DNA from: a bacterium | GTDB lineage: Bacteria > JADJOY01 | Length of the DNA stretch: 64,000 bases | Assembly: GCA_046331705.1 (NCBI GenBank) | Contig: JAXLQJ010000022.1 | Location: forward strand, 1 to 64,000 | Direction of reading: 5' to 3' | Made by a program: the position numbers and the translations under genes | The notes under the pieces: model-generated | The model's database searches: none | What the model saw: the letters and a program-made list of their open reading frames with translations, nothing else | What the model was told of the DNA's origin: nothing | Shown: positions 17,022-24,953 of the stretch, piece after piece | Layout: every line of letters begins with the position of its first letter | Position numbering within the stretch: the first letter of the stretch is position 1

Positions 17022-19339
17022 GGTTCGTCCGCCAGCGTCCCGGGCCGCTGGCCACGCGCGTCCGCGAGCCGATCCTTGGGGCGGAAGTGGTAGGTGTGGC
17101 ACGACTCGCACGCGAGCTCCGCGGCGCGGCCGTCGCGGTGACATGCGACGCACGTTTCCATCGGCCGCGGGTACTCGCCGGCTTTGCGCACCACTTCCTC
17201 GAACTCCTCGTTGCCGTCGAAGTCACCCACGTGGCAACGGCGGCAATCGAGCGTTCCCTCGGTCGTGAAGAGCTGCCGCGCGTTCTTCGCCTCGAGATGC
17301 TCGCGGTGCGTGAAGCGCACGTGCACCGAACGCCGGGGGAGGGCGGGAACCGAACCATCGGCGGTGGTGTGGCACTCCTTGCAGAAGCGGTTGGGCGCCT
17401 TCTTCGCCTCCGCGATCGGCACCGCCGCGGTGTGGCAGCTCTCGCCCTCGCCGCCGGCGCAACCCTTGGCACCCTCGTGCGAGGGGATCGCGAACTCGCG
17501 CTTCTCGGTCTCGGTGTGGCAGCCCAAGCAGCCGCCTTCGCGATGCTCCTGCTCGTTGGTCTTCAGGTGCTCGTGATGGGAGAAGACCAGCGTCGTGTGG
17601 ATGGGTTCGCCGCGACCGCTCGCCGCGTATCGTCCCTCGGGCCGTTCGAGCTCGGTGCCGCCGTGGATCAGCGTGTGGCAACCCGAGGTCTGACACGTCG
17701 CCGGCGCGAGCTCGGCCAGGCTCGCGCGATCGCGGTGCTCGAAATGACACGCGGCACAGTCCTCGTGGCCCTCCGTCCGATGCGTGCCTTCCATCCCGGG
17801 ATGGCAGCCGGCGGTCGCGCAGCGCAGGTCGATGCCGTCGAGACGGAACGAGCCATGACAAGCGCTGCAGCTCTTCTCGAGCTTGGCGTGCTTCTTCGAG
17901 GGGACCCGCTCGGGAAAGTCCGGACGCAGCTGACCGCCCTGGTACGGGTCGAGGGGAATACCCTCGCGGAGCACGCGGCTCAGGACGTTGCCCTCGCTCG
18001 CCACGTGGCAGTCGCCGCAGCGCGCCGCTTCCTCGGCGGGCTGGGTGGCGTGATCGACCGAGACGAGATCGCTCGCATCCACGGTGACGCGCGCGACCTC
18101 GCCGCTCGGCGAGAAGCCCGCCGCCTTTCCGCCGGCGACGGCAGCCGCGGCCCACTCGTCCGGCGCCGAGGCGAGCGCGGCGGGGTCGATCGGCAGCGGC
18201 AGAGCGCCGTCGTAGGTGCCCGGCAAGGCGCGTGCGCCGTCGGCGGCGAGCACGACCTCGATCGGCAGGAAGGGCTTGAGCTTGGCGCGAAACGCGCCCT
18301 GACGCCCGGCACCCGCGGTGGCGTCGTAGGCGGCGAGATCGCGCTCCCACACCCAGCGCAGCCGCGGTCGCTGCATGCCGCGGAAGGTGATCGCCGGTCG
18401 CGGCGCCGCACCGGTCGTTCGTGGCGCGAGCTGGGTGAGATCGATCCGCAACGCCGGCACGTCGCGGGTGTGGCAGGCACCGCACGCGAGGATCTCCTGG
18501 TGCCGCTCGATGCGCTCGTCGTGGTGGATCGGGGCCGCGTGGCAGTGCGCGGCCTGGCACGAAGCCGACTCGCGGCGATCGTGCGCGGGATCGGCTCGAC
18601 CGGTGACGGACGTGGCCGCGCCTTGCTGCTTCGCCACCGTCTGCGGTCGGTGCGACGTCGCGAGGTGGCACGTGAAGCACGTCTTCTCGACGGCGGAGGG
18701 ATCGCTCGAGTCGAGACCGCGCAGGTGAACGTCCCGCCCAGGCTTTCCCGACGCATCCGGCGGCGCCTCGGCGATGGCGCGCGCGACCGCCGTCGCGAGC
18801 GAGCCGCCATGACAGGTGAGGCAACGCGTGCCGGACGCGTCACCCACGCGCGCATCGCTCGGGAACCCACCCGCCACCAGCAGATCGAGCGAATGGGAGT
18901 GGCAGCCGACGCATGCCTCCCCCGCGGGGGCGCCGCGCGGACCCGGCGCACGGGTGCCGGTGGCGCGCGGCGGATCGACGCCCTCGACGTGACAGCTCGC
19001 GCAGCCTGCGAGCGGCGCGTGATCGGTCGCGGCGAGCGTCGCCAGGAACACCGCCCAGCCCGGTAGCCCCGAGGCACACACCCGCCCGAGCGATTCACCT
19101 CCGAGCACCGCCCCTCGGGCGTGATCCTGCTCCATGGACGAGGTCATCTTGCCGGGATGGCAGCTCTCGCAGCTCGGGGTCGCGCCGAAGTCGAACGCCG
19201 GCTCGAGGTTGCGAGCGGAAGCGGGCGCGACGAGTCCCAGCCAGATCACCAACAGCCTCCCGATCCATCGCACGTCGACACGCCGGCGCCTCTTCCGCGC
19301 CGCCGCAGCGGCCGGCTCGTCCTCGGACGCGGCGCTCAT
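17018..19339 (-). CDS. Large multiheme (about 18) cytochrome c
   Basis: ATGA overlap start; signal peptide ending APASA; 14 CXXCH, 3 CX4CH and 1 CX7CH. Confidence 0.9.
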   Translation of the reverse strand: MSAASEDEPAAAAARKRRRRVDVRWIGRLLVIWLGLVAPASARNLEPAFDFGATPSCESCHPGKMTSSMEQDHARGAVLGGESLGRVCASGLPGWAVFLATLAATDHAPLAGCASCHVEGVDPPRATGTRAPGPRGAPAGEACVGCHSHSLDLLVAGGFPSDARVGDASGTRCLTCHGGSLATAVARAIAEAPPDASGKPGRDVHLRGLDSSDPSAVEKTCFTCHLATSHRPQTVAKQQGAATSVTGRADPAHDRRESASCQAAHCHAAPIHHDERIERHQEILACGACHTRDVPALRIDLTQLAPRTTGAAPRPAITFRGMQRPRLRWVWERDLAAYDATAGAGRQGAFRAKLKPFLPIEVVLAADGARALPGTYDGALPLPIDPAALASAPDEWAAAAVAGGKAAGFSPSGEVARVTVDASDLVSVDHATQPAEEAARCGDCHVASEGNVLSRVLREGIPLDPYQGGQLRPDFPERVPSKKHAKLEKSCSACHGSFRLDGIDLRCATAGCHPGMEGTHRTEGHEDCAACHFEHRDRASLAELAPATCQTSGCHTLIHGGTELERPEGRYAASGRGEPIHTTLVFSHHEHLKTNEQEHREGGCLGCHTETEKREFAIPSHEGAKGCAGGEGESCHTAAVPIAEAKKAPNRFCKECHTTADGSVPALPRRSVHVRFTHREHLEAKNARQLFTTEGTLDCRRCHVGDFDGNEEFEEVVRKAGEYPRPMETCVACHRDGRAAELACESCHTYHFRPKDRLADARGQRPGTLADEP

Positions 19340-20430
19340 CCTTGGGGATGCGCGGCGTCGAACTCGGCTTTCTTCTGACGCACGGCGCTTTCGGGCTCGC
19401 CGATCGGCAACGTCTCCCAGAACGACGTGCTCGCCGGTGCCGTGAGCGTGTGATGACCCGAAACGTGGCAGTTGTAGCATTGCCGGCGCGTCAGCGGATC
19501 GTCGGGCAGCTCACCGTTCTCGCCCGAGACGTGGCAGAAGACGCACGAGCCCTTGGTGCGCTGCGGCGGTGCCGCGAACGGCACGAACGCGTCCGTGGTG
19601 GTGATCAGCAACCGGTGCGCGGTGAAGCGACCGTTGGCTCCTTCGGGGTTGGTGGTTCGGAACCAGTGGCAGTCGTTGCACGACGGCATCTCGCCGTGGC
19701 GCGCTTCGCCGCTCAGATCGTGACAGCCGCCACACCCCGGCGCCACGCGCTCCACCGACATGGTGCTCGACTGGAGCTTCTGGCCGTCCCATTGCCAGCC
19801 CTCGCGGAGGATCTGGCGGTGCTTGGGAGCGTTGTCACCCGTCACGAGGATCGCGCCGGCGGCAGCGGCCGAGGTCTCGAGCAGCGAGTAAGGATCGAGC
19901 GGGCCTTCCCAGTACGGCAGCAGCCGGAACAGGTTGGTGAAGCCGGTCTGGAACACGGGCTCCTTGAGCCAGTCGTGGCAGCCCGAGGCGCAGTCGGTGC
20001 CACCCGCGTAGAGCAGGCCGAGCGCCGGCTGCGGGTAGACGTTGCGGTTCTGGGCATAGTCCTGCGCCGTGGAGTGGCCGACGTGACAGGTGCGGCACGC
20101 CTCGAGGTCGCGCGCCGCGTGAGCGCCGCGGCGGGGGAACACCACGCGCGAGCCCGGCTCGTAGCCGAAGCCGTCGCCGAGTTGATCGACCACCTCGCGC
20201 GCCGAGCCCCGCACCTTCACGCCGGTGAGCGTCGCGGCGGGGTGGCAGTCGAGGCAGAAGGCGGACGCCGTGGTCACGGCGCCGTCGTCACCCGCGCAAC
20301 CCACCGCCAGCGCCAACGCGCACGCGCCGAGCGCGATCCGCAGCGCCCCGCTGCGGCGGGCCAACGCGATTCGCGTGCGCAAGACCGGGTCGCGAGGCTC
20401 GAGTCGTGACGGCGCAACCGTCATGGGCAT
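19336..20430 (-). CDS. Multiheme (about 7) cytochrome c lipoprotein
   Basis: Lipobox LAVGC; 6 CXXCH plus CASGCH. Confidence 0.85.
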   Translation of the reverse strand: MPMTVAPSRLEPRDPVLRTRIALARRSGALRIALGACALALAVGCAGDDGAVTTASAFCLDCHPAATLTGVKVRGSAREVVDQLGDGFGYEPGSRVVFPRRGAHAARDLEACRTCHVGHSTAQDYAQNRNVYPQPALGLLYAGGTDCASGCHDWLKEPVFQTGFTNLFRLLPYWEGPLDPYSLLETSAAAAGAILVTGDNAPKHRQILREGWQWDGQKLQSSTMSVERVAPGCGGCHDLSGEARHGEMPSCNDCHWFRTTNPEGANGRFTAHRLLITTTDAFVPFAAPPQRTKGSCVFCHVSGENGELPDDPLTRRQCYNCHVSGHHTLTAPASTSFWETLPIGEPESAVRQKKAEFDAAHPQG

Positions 20431-20475
20431 CCGAACGCGCAAACGCGCAGCACGTGCATCACGCGAGCGATCCGA

Positions 20476-21207
20476 TCAGCGCAAGCGCTCGCGGCGAGCA
20501 TCCCACGCATCGAGCCACGACTGGAGCTTGCCGTGGAAGGTCTCGAGCCTGGAGCCACCCAGCGAGACCTGGCTCAGACACCAGCACTCCTCCTCCACGT
20601 CCGTCCACGGCGAGTGGCGGGTACCGGGCTCGCCTTCGATCCAGTCCCCGGTGAGCACCTGATCTTCGGCAAGCTCGACCGGCGGCGCCATCCCACGTTT
20701 GTAGCCCCCCGCGAGGATGACGTTGTCTTCGCGCTCCAGGTGATAGTGCAGCGGAAACGCGCTGTTCTTGCCGTAGTAGGTCAGGTAGAGCTCGGTACCC
20801 GCCGCGGGCTCGCGAACCAGCACGGTGAAGCGCGTGCGGCTCGGCCAGAGATTGGTCCACGACCAGCGCTCGGCGGGTTCGAGCTCGGCGAGCACGTTCG
20901 GCGGCAGCACGGCCGCTTCCGGCGGCCAGCGCACCGCGCGGCGCGACTCGATCCGCGACCAGAGCCGATCGAAGGCCGGCAGCGGTTGGTCGCGCGGCGC
21001 CGCCGAACCGCGTGCCTCGCGCCAGGGCTCGTCGAGCGGCGGGCGCGCCGCCGTCACCGCGCTCGTGCAGGCGTCGCAGTGGAAGAGATGCGCCTCGAGC
21101 ACGATGCGCTCGGTCCTAGAGGCGCGTCCCTCCGCGAACGCGAGCAAGCGCTCGGCGGGCGGATGACGCGTGGGGACGCGAACGCGCTCGGCGCGCGGGG
21201 CGATCAT
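20476..21207 (-). CDS. ChrR-like anti-sigma factor (ZAS domain plus cupin)
   Basis: ATGA overlap with the sigma gene; HP...LLAFAEG...EAHLFHCDAC (H-X3-C-X2-C); C-terminal cupin with PLHYH...E..VIL.G...HSP. Confidence 0.8.
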   Translation of the reverse strand: MIAPRAERVRVPTRHPPAERLLAFAEGRASRTERIVLEAHLFHCDACTSAVTAARPPLDEPWREARGSAAPRDQPLPAFDRLWSRIESRRAVRWPPEAAVLPPNVLAELEPAERWSWTNLWPSRTRFTVLVREPAAGTELYLTYYGKNSAFPLHYHLEREDNVILAGGYKRGMAPPVELAEDQVLTGDWIEGEPGTRHSPWTDVEEECWCLSQVSLGGSRLETFHGKLQSWLDAWDARRERLR

Positions 21208-21773
21208 CGCTCGCCCTCGATCGCGGCGCGCATCGCCAGCAGCGCCGCGTGAACTCGCGACTTGACCGTCCCGAGCGGGATCCCCAGCTCGCGCGCGGCT
21301 TCCTGGAAGCGCAGATCCTTCAAGTACACGAGCTCCACCAGCTGGCGCTGCTCCGGGGTGAGCGTGCCCAGCGCTCGCTGCGCCAACCGTCGGCGATCCA
21401 GCTCGGCCGAGACGCCAGGCGGCGCGGGCGGCGCGTGGTCGACCGCTTCGCCGAGCGCTTCGCCGAGCCGGCCCAGCCGTCGCCAGTGATCGTGCAGCTT
21501 GTTGCGCGTGATCGCGAACAGCCACTGCTCCACCGAGCCCCGCTCGGGGCGGAAGCCCTTGGCGCCCACCCACACCGCCACGAACACGTCCTGGACGATG
21601 TCCGCGGTGACATCCGGATCGGTGGTGTGCTTGAAGACACTGGCATACACCCGTCGCGCGAACCGTTCGTAGAGCACCCGTAGCGCGTCGCGCTCCGCTC
21701 CGGCGACCCGAAGCAGCAGCTCGTCATCCGCTGGCGGCATTGCGACCGAGGGCCGCGGGTCCGTGCTCGGCAT
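21204..21773 (-). CDS. ECF (sigma-70 group 4) RNA polymerase sigma factor
   Basis: DDELL, DIVQDVFVAVW, WLFAITRN...DHWR, L.PEQR....LVY, GIPLGTVKSR. Confidence 0.92.
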   Translation of the reverse strand: MPSTDPRPSVAMPPADDELLLRVAGAERDALRVLYERFARRVYASVFKHTTDPDVTADIVQDVFVAVWVGAKGFRPERGSVEQWLFAITRNKLHDHWRRLGRLGEALGEAVDHAPPAPPGVSAELDRRRLAQRALGTLTPEQRQLVELVYLKDLRFQEAARELGIPLGTVKSRVHAALLAMRAAIEGER

Positions 21774-21947
21774 GTATTCGCGAGACGGCGCGAGGAGGTT
21801 CGCGTTTATAGCAGAGCTCGTGCCGCTGCGAACCATCCACCGCCCCCGGACGAATGCCACATGCGTTGTGTGGCGCGCGCGCGCCGATCACCGGATACTG
21901 GCGCGGTTGCGCGCCGCGATCCGCGCGAGCGCGCAAGGAAGGGTTTC

Positions 21948-23036
21948 GTGGCCGGCTCCCCTGCAGCAACCTCGTCCTTCCTCGACGTCCACACGTACGC
22001 GCCGGCTCACGAGTATCCCCAGCTCGAGCTGCTCGAAGGTGTGCTCCGCCAGGCGCGGCCGGAGCGCCGCACGCGGCGGCTGCTCGAGACGCTGTTTCGG
22101 CGCAGCGGCATCACGACACGCTTCATGGCAGTACCAGACTTCGCGCAGGGGGCCGATCCGGTTCTCTACCGCGAGCCGGGAGTCGAGCCCTCGACCCAGG
22201 ACCGCATGCGGCTCTTCGCCGCGCTCGCGCCGCTGCAGGCGCTGGGCGCCGCCCGGCCGCTCGTCGAGCGACACGCGGTGGCGGAGCGGATCACCCACGT
22301 GGTGACCTCGTGCTGCACCGGCTTCGTGGCCCCTGGCTGGGACCTCCGGGTGATCGACGAGCTGGGGATCCCCGAGGGTGCGGGGCGGGTGCACGTCGGC
22401 TACATGGGCTGCCACGCCGCCGTGAACGCGCTCCGCGTGGCCCACGCGTTCGCGCTCGGGAATCCGGAAGCGCTGGTGCTGGTGATCGCCAACGAGCTCT
22501 CCTCGCTCCACTTCAACTTCAGCGATCGCATCGACAACCTGCTCTCCTGCACGATCTTCGCCGACGGCGCCGCCGCGGCGCTGATCGGCGGCGCGGCGTG
22601 GCGCGAGCGGGCGCGCGGCCAGCTGGGCGGCTTCCGCTCGCAACGCGTCCCCGGCACCTCGGCGCTGATGGGCTGGCGGATCGGCAACGTGGGCTTCGAG
22701 ATGGACCTGAGCCCCGAGCTGCCGGACGCCATCGAGCGTTTCGTCGCCGAGCGCGGCGTCGCGAGCGAGCGGCCTGGCGACGAACGGGTCCAAGACCTCG
22801 TTCACGCCGGCGGCAAGGCGATCCTCGAAGCCTTCGCGAAAGGGCGCGGCACCGGGGCCGACGGTATCCGCTACAGCTTCGAGGTCCTGGCCCGGAACGG
22901 GAACATGTCGTCCGGCACGATCCTCTTCATTCTCTCGCGCTGGCTCGACGATCCCCACGGCCTGCCGTCCGCCGAGGCCCACGCCTTCGGCCCCGGCGTG
23001 GTGGCGGAGCGGTTTCATCTGGCCCGCACCAGGTGA
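21948..23036 (+). CDS. Type III polyketide synthase (chalcone synthase-like)
   Basis: GTG after AAGGAAGG; catalytic triad Cys (MGCHAA), His (HAGG), Asn (GNMSS); IFADGAAA; AFGPG. Confidence 0.88.
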   Translation: MAGSPAATSSFLDVHTYAPAHEYPQLELLEGVLRQARPERRTRRLLETLFRRSGITTRFMAVPDFAQGADPVLYREPGVEPSTQDRMRLFAALAPLQALGAARPLVERHAVAERITHVVTSCCTGFVAPGWDLRVIDELGIPEGAGRVHVGYMGCHAAVNALRVAHAFALGNPEALVLVIANELSSLHFNFSDRIDNLLSCTIFADGAAAALIGGAAWRERARGQLGGFRSQRVPGTSALMGWRIGNVGFEMDLSPELPDAIERFVAERGVASERPGDERVQDLVHAGGKAILEAFAKGRGTGADGIRYSFEVLARNGNMSSGTILFILSRWLDDPHGLPSAEAHAFGPGVVAERFHLARTR

Positions 23037-23502
23037 GACGCTGAGCTCGGCGCCACGGGTGGGCCGCGATGGGCGCGACCGGTCGGCTTCGCAGCCGCCC
23101 ACGTCGAGCTGCGCGCGGTGGCCGCCGCCGCGGCGGGAGCGTCGTGATCACGCCTGTCGCGGCGCGGGTGACGAAGACCTCCTGGAGCGGCGAGGTCGAG
23201 CGGTCGACGACACTCGTCGATCCGAACGCACGGTGCCGCCGCGTCCGACGACGCGTTCGCCACCACGCGTGACGGAGGTCTGGCGCTCACGGGCGGAACG
23301 AGCGAACCGTCGCAGCGGTGGAGATGCTGAAGACCGACGGGTTCGGTCGCTTCACTCCCTCGACTCCGGGATCCCGAGCATTCGCGAGCCGGAACCCGTG
23401 GCCGCGACGGAGCGCGGCCCTCCACCCCAACGAGCACGTCGGACTTGCGCGAGCGCAGGATCTCGAACGAGCGAGGCGAGCCCGAAGCGCGGCGCCTCGG
23501 GA

Positions 23503-23525
23503 GCGGGGGGTGGAACATCCCCCGC
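23503..23525. repeat. Palindromic hairpin with GAA triloop
   Basis: GCGGGGGGTG-GAA-CATCCCCCGC, 10-bp stem with one G-T; related to the hairpin at 47228-47252. Confidence 0.5.
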
Positions 23526-23569
23526 AACCACCTCACCCATCCGCAACGAGCGCCAGGCGCTCGATGCGG

Positions 23570-24796
23570 CTAGTTCACGCCGACATAGAGGTAGTTCGGG
23601 TAGGAATCGCCCCAGTAGATGAGGTCGCGGTTCTCGGGGTGATGATGGAAGAACTGCGACCAGCGCGTGGAAACGGAGCTGTCGATGCTGCCGTTCGCGT
23701 AGAGCGTCCACGCCGACCACAACCCGCCCTGCACCCGCGAGAAGTAATACAGGTTGTTGCCGTGGCCGCTGATCGGACCGCTGGGGGTGCCGTGGCCGTA
23801 GATGTAGATCGTGCCGGTCAGGTCGGTGCCGAGCGATGGGTTGTGGGTGATCTGCGTGGGCGGTTGGAGATCGCCCTTCCAACCGGTGCCGTCGTCGTAC
23901 CAGTAGCGGATGCGGTTGCTGGTATCGAGGAACGTGAGGTGAGCGACGCCGTCCGGGGTCACGATCATCGACGGCCCCTGGTCGATGCCGCTCTGGGCGC
24001 TGCTCGCGATCGCCACCGAGGCTTGCCACGCGCCCGCGGTGGTGCGCTTGCGCACCCGCACGCGGCCATCGGGCACGTAGTCGTAGGTGCCGTTGAGCCA
24101 GGCCAAGAGCAGCTCGCCGCTGGGCGTGAAGGCGAGCGTGGGGTGCCAGGCGTTGCAGTAGTCGGATGCGGGGTTGCAGTCGACGACGTCCGCCACGTCC
24201 ACGGGCGTCTCCCAGCCCGCCGCCAAGCGGCGCGCGTACTTGAGGCGCAGCCGGTTGTTGATGCCGGTGCGGGTGTTCCAGACCGCGTGCGGGATCCCCG
24301 CGGAATCGAGCGCCAACGCCGCGCCCTGCTCGCCTTGCCCGAAGTCCGTCCAGCCCGTCGAGCCGAGGCTCTCGGCGGCGCCCCAGGTGTCGGTCGCGGT
24401 GTCGAACACCGCATAGCGCATGGTGCCGCTGCGCTTGTGCCAGAGCACGTGGATCTTGTTCTGGCCGTCGATGGCGACCGCTGGCGAGCCCACGCCACCG
24501 CCCGGCGCGTGGACCGCATCGAGCTCGCTGAAGGCGGCGGGTGTGCCCGCCTGATTGCCCTTGTGAACGCGTAGCACGTTGTTCGGACAGTCGGGGTAAT
24601 CCGAGCAGGTGGGAGCGACGGTGTAGATCACGTTCGCCGTGGTGCGCACGATCTGGTGCGGCGACACGTCGCTGTACCCCTCGCCCCACGGGATCTGGTG
24701 ATTGGTGGGCGAGGGCACGAGGCATTCATCGGCCCCGCTCAGCGCGAGCAAGAGTGGAAGCAAGAACCGGGTGGAGCGGCGCATCGACGACATCAT
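23570..24796 (-). CDS. Secreted beta-propeller-like protein (BNR-repeat-like), function unknown
   Basis: Signal peptide; repeated P-x-[LI]-A-[IL]-D..G..H-x-x-W/Y blade motifs. Confidence 0.6.
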   Translation of the reverse strand: MMSSMRRSTRFLLPLLLALSGADECLVPSPTNHQIPWGEGYSDVSPHQIVRTTANVIYTVAPTCSDYPDCPNNVLRVHKGNQAGTPAAFSELDAVHAPGGGVGSPAVAIDGQNKIHVLWHKRSGTMRYAVFDTATDTWGAAESLGSTGWTDFGQGEQGAALALDSAGIPHAVWNTRTGINNRLRLKYARRLAAGWETPVDVADVVDCNPASDYCNAWHPTLAFTPSGELLLAWLNGTYDYVPDGRVRVRKRTTAGAWQASVAIASSAQSGIDQGPSMIVTPDGVAHLTFLDTSNRIRYWYDDGTGWKGDLQPPTQITHNPSLGTDLTGTIYIYGHGTPSGPISGHGNNLYYFSRVQGGLWSAWTLYANGSIDSSVSTRWSQFFHHHPENRDLIYWGDSYPNYLYVGVN

Positions 24797-24953
24797 CCAT
24801 TCCCTCGAGAACGATTGCGGTGACGGCGCGGACCGAGCGCGGACCCAGCGGGGGACGCGAGAGATCCTGCAGAGGCCTGCCCATGGTAGGCGCTAGGATG
24901 CATCCGATGGAAGCGGCAAGGCGCAACCCGTCGGGGGCTCGGAGAGGCGGGCC

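Noticed and set aside
13708-17472. 1254-aa ORF read as one giant protein
   Set aside because: Only the last ~230 aa (c554-like) look real. The rest is an Arg/Ala/Pro-rich alternative frame over the porin and 12-heme genes.
23040-23480. Small ORFs and a hairpin in the gap after the PKS
   Set aside because: The ORFs are low-complexity without motifs or RBS, and the imperfect hairpin near 23300-23350 is not distinguishable from background.
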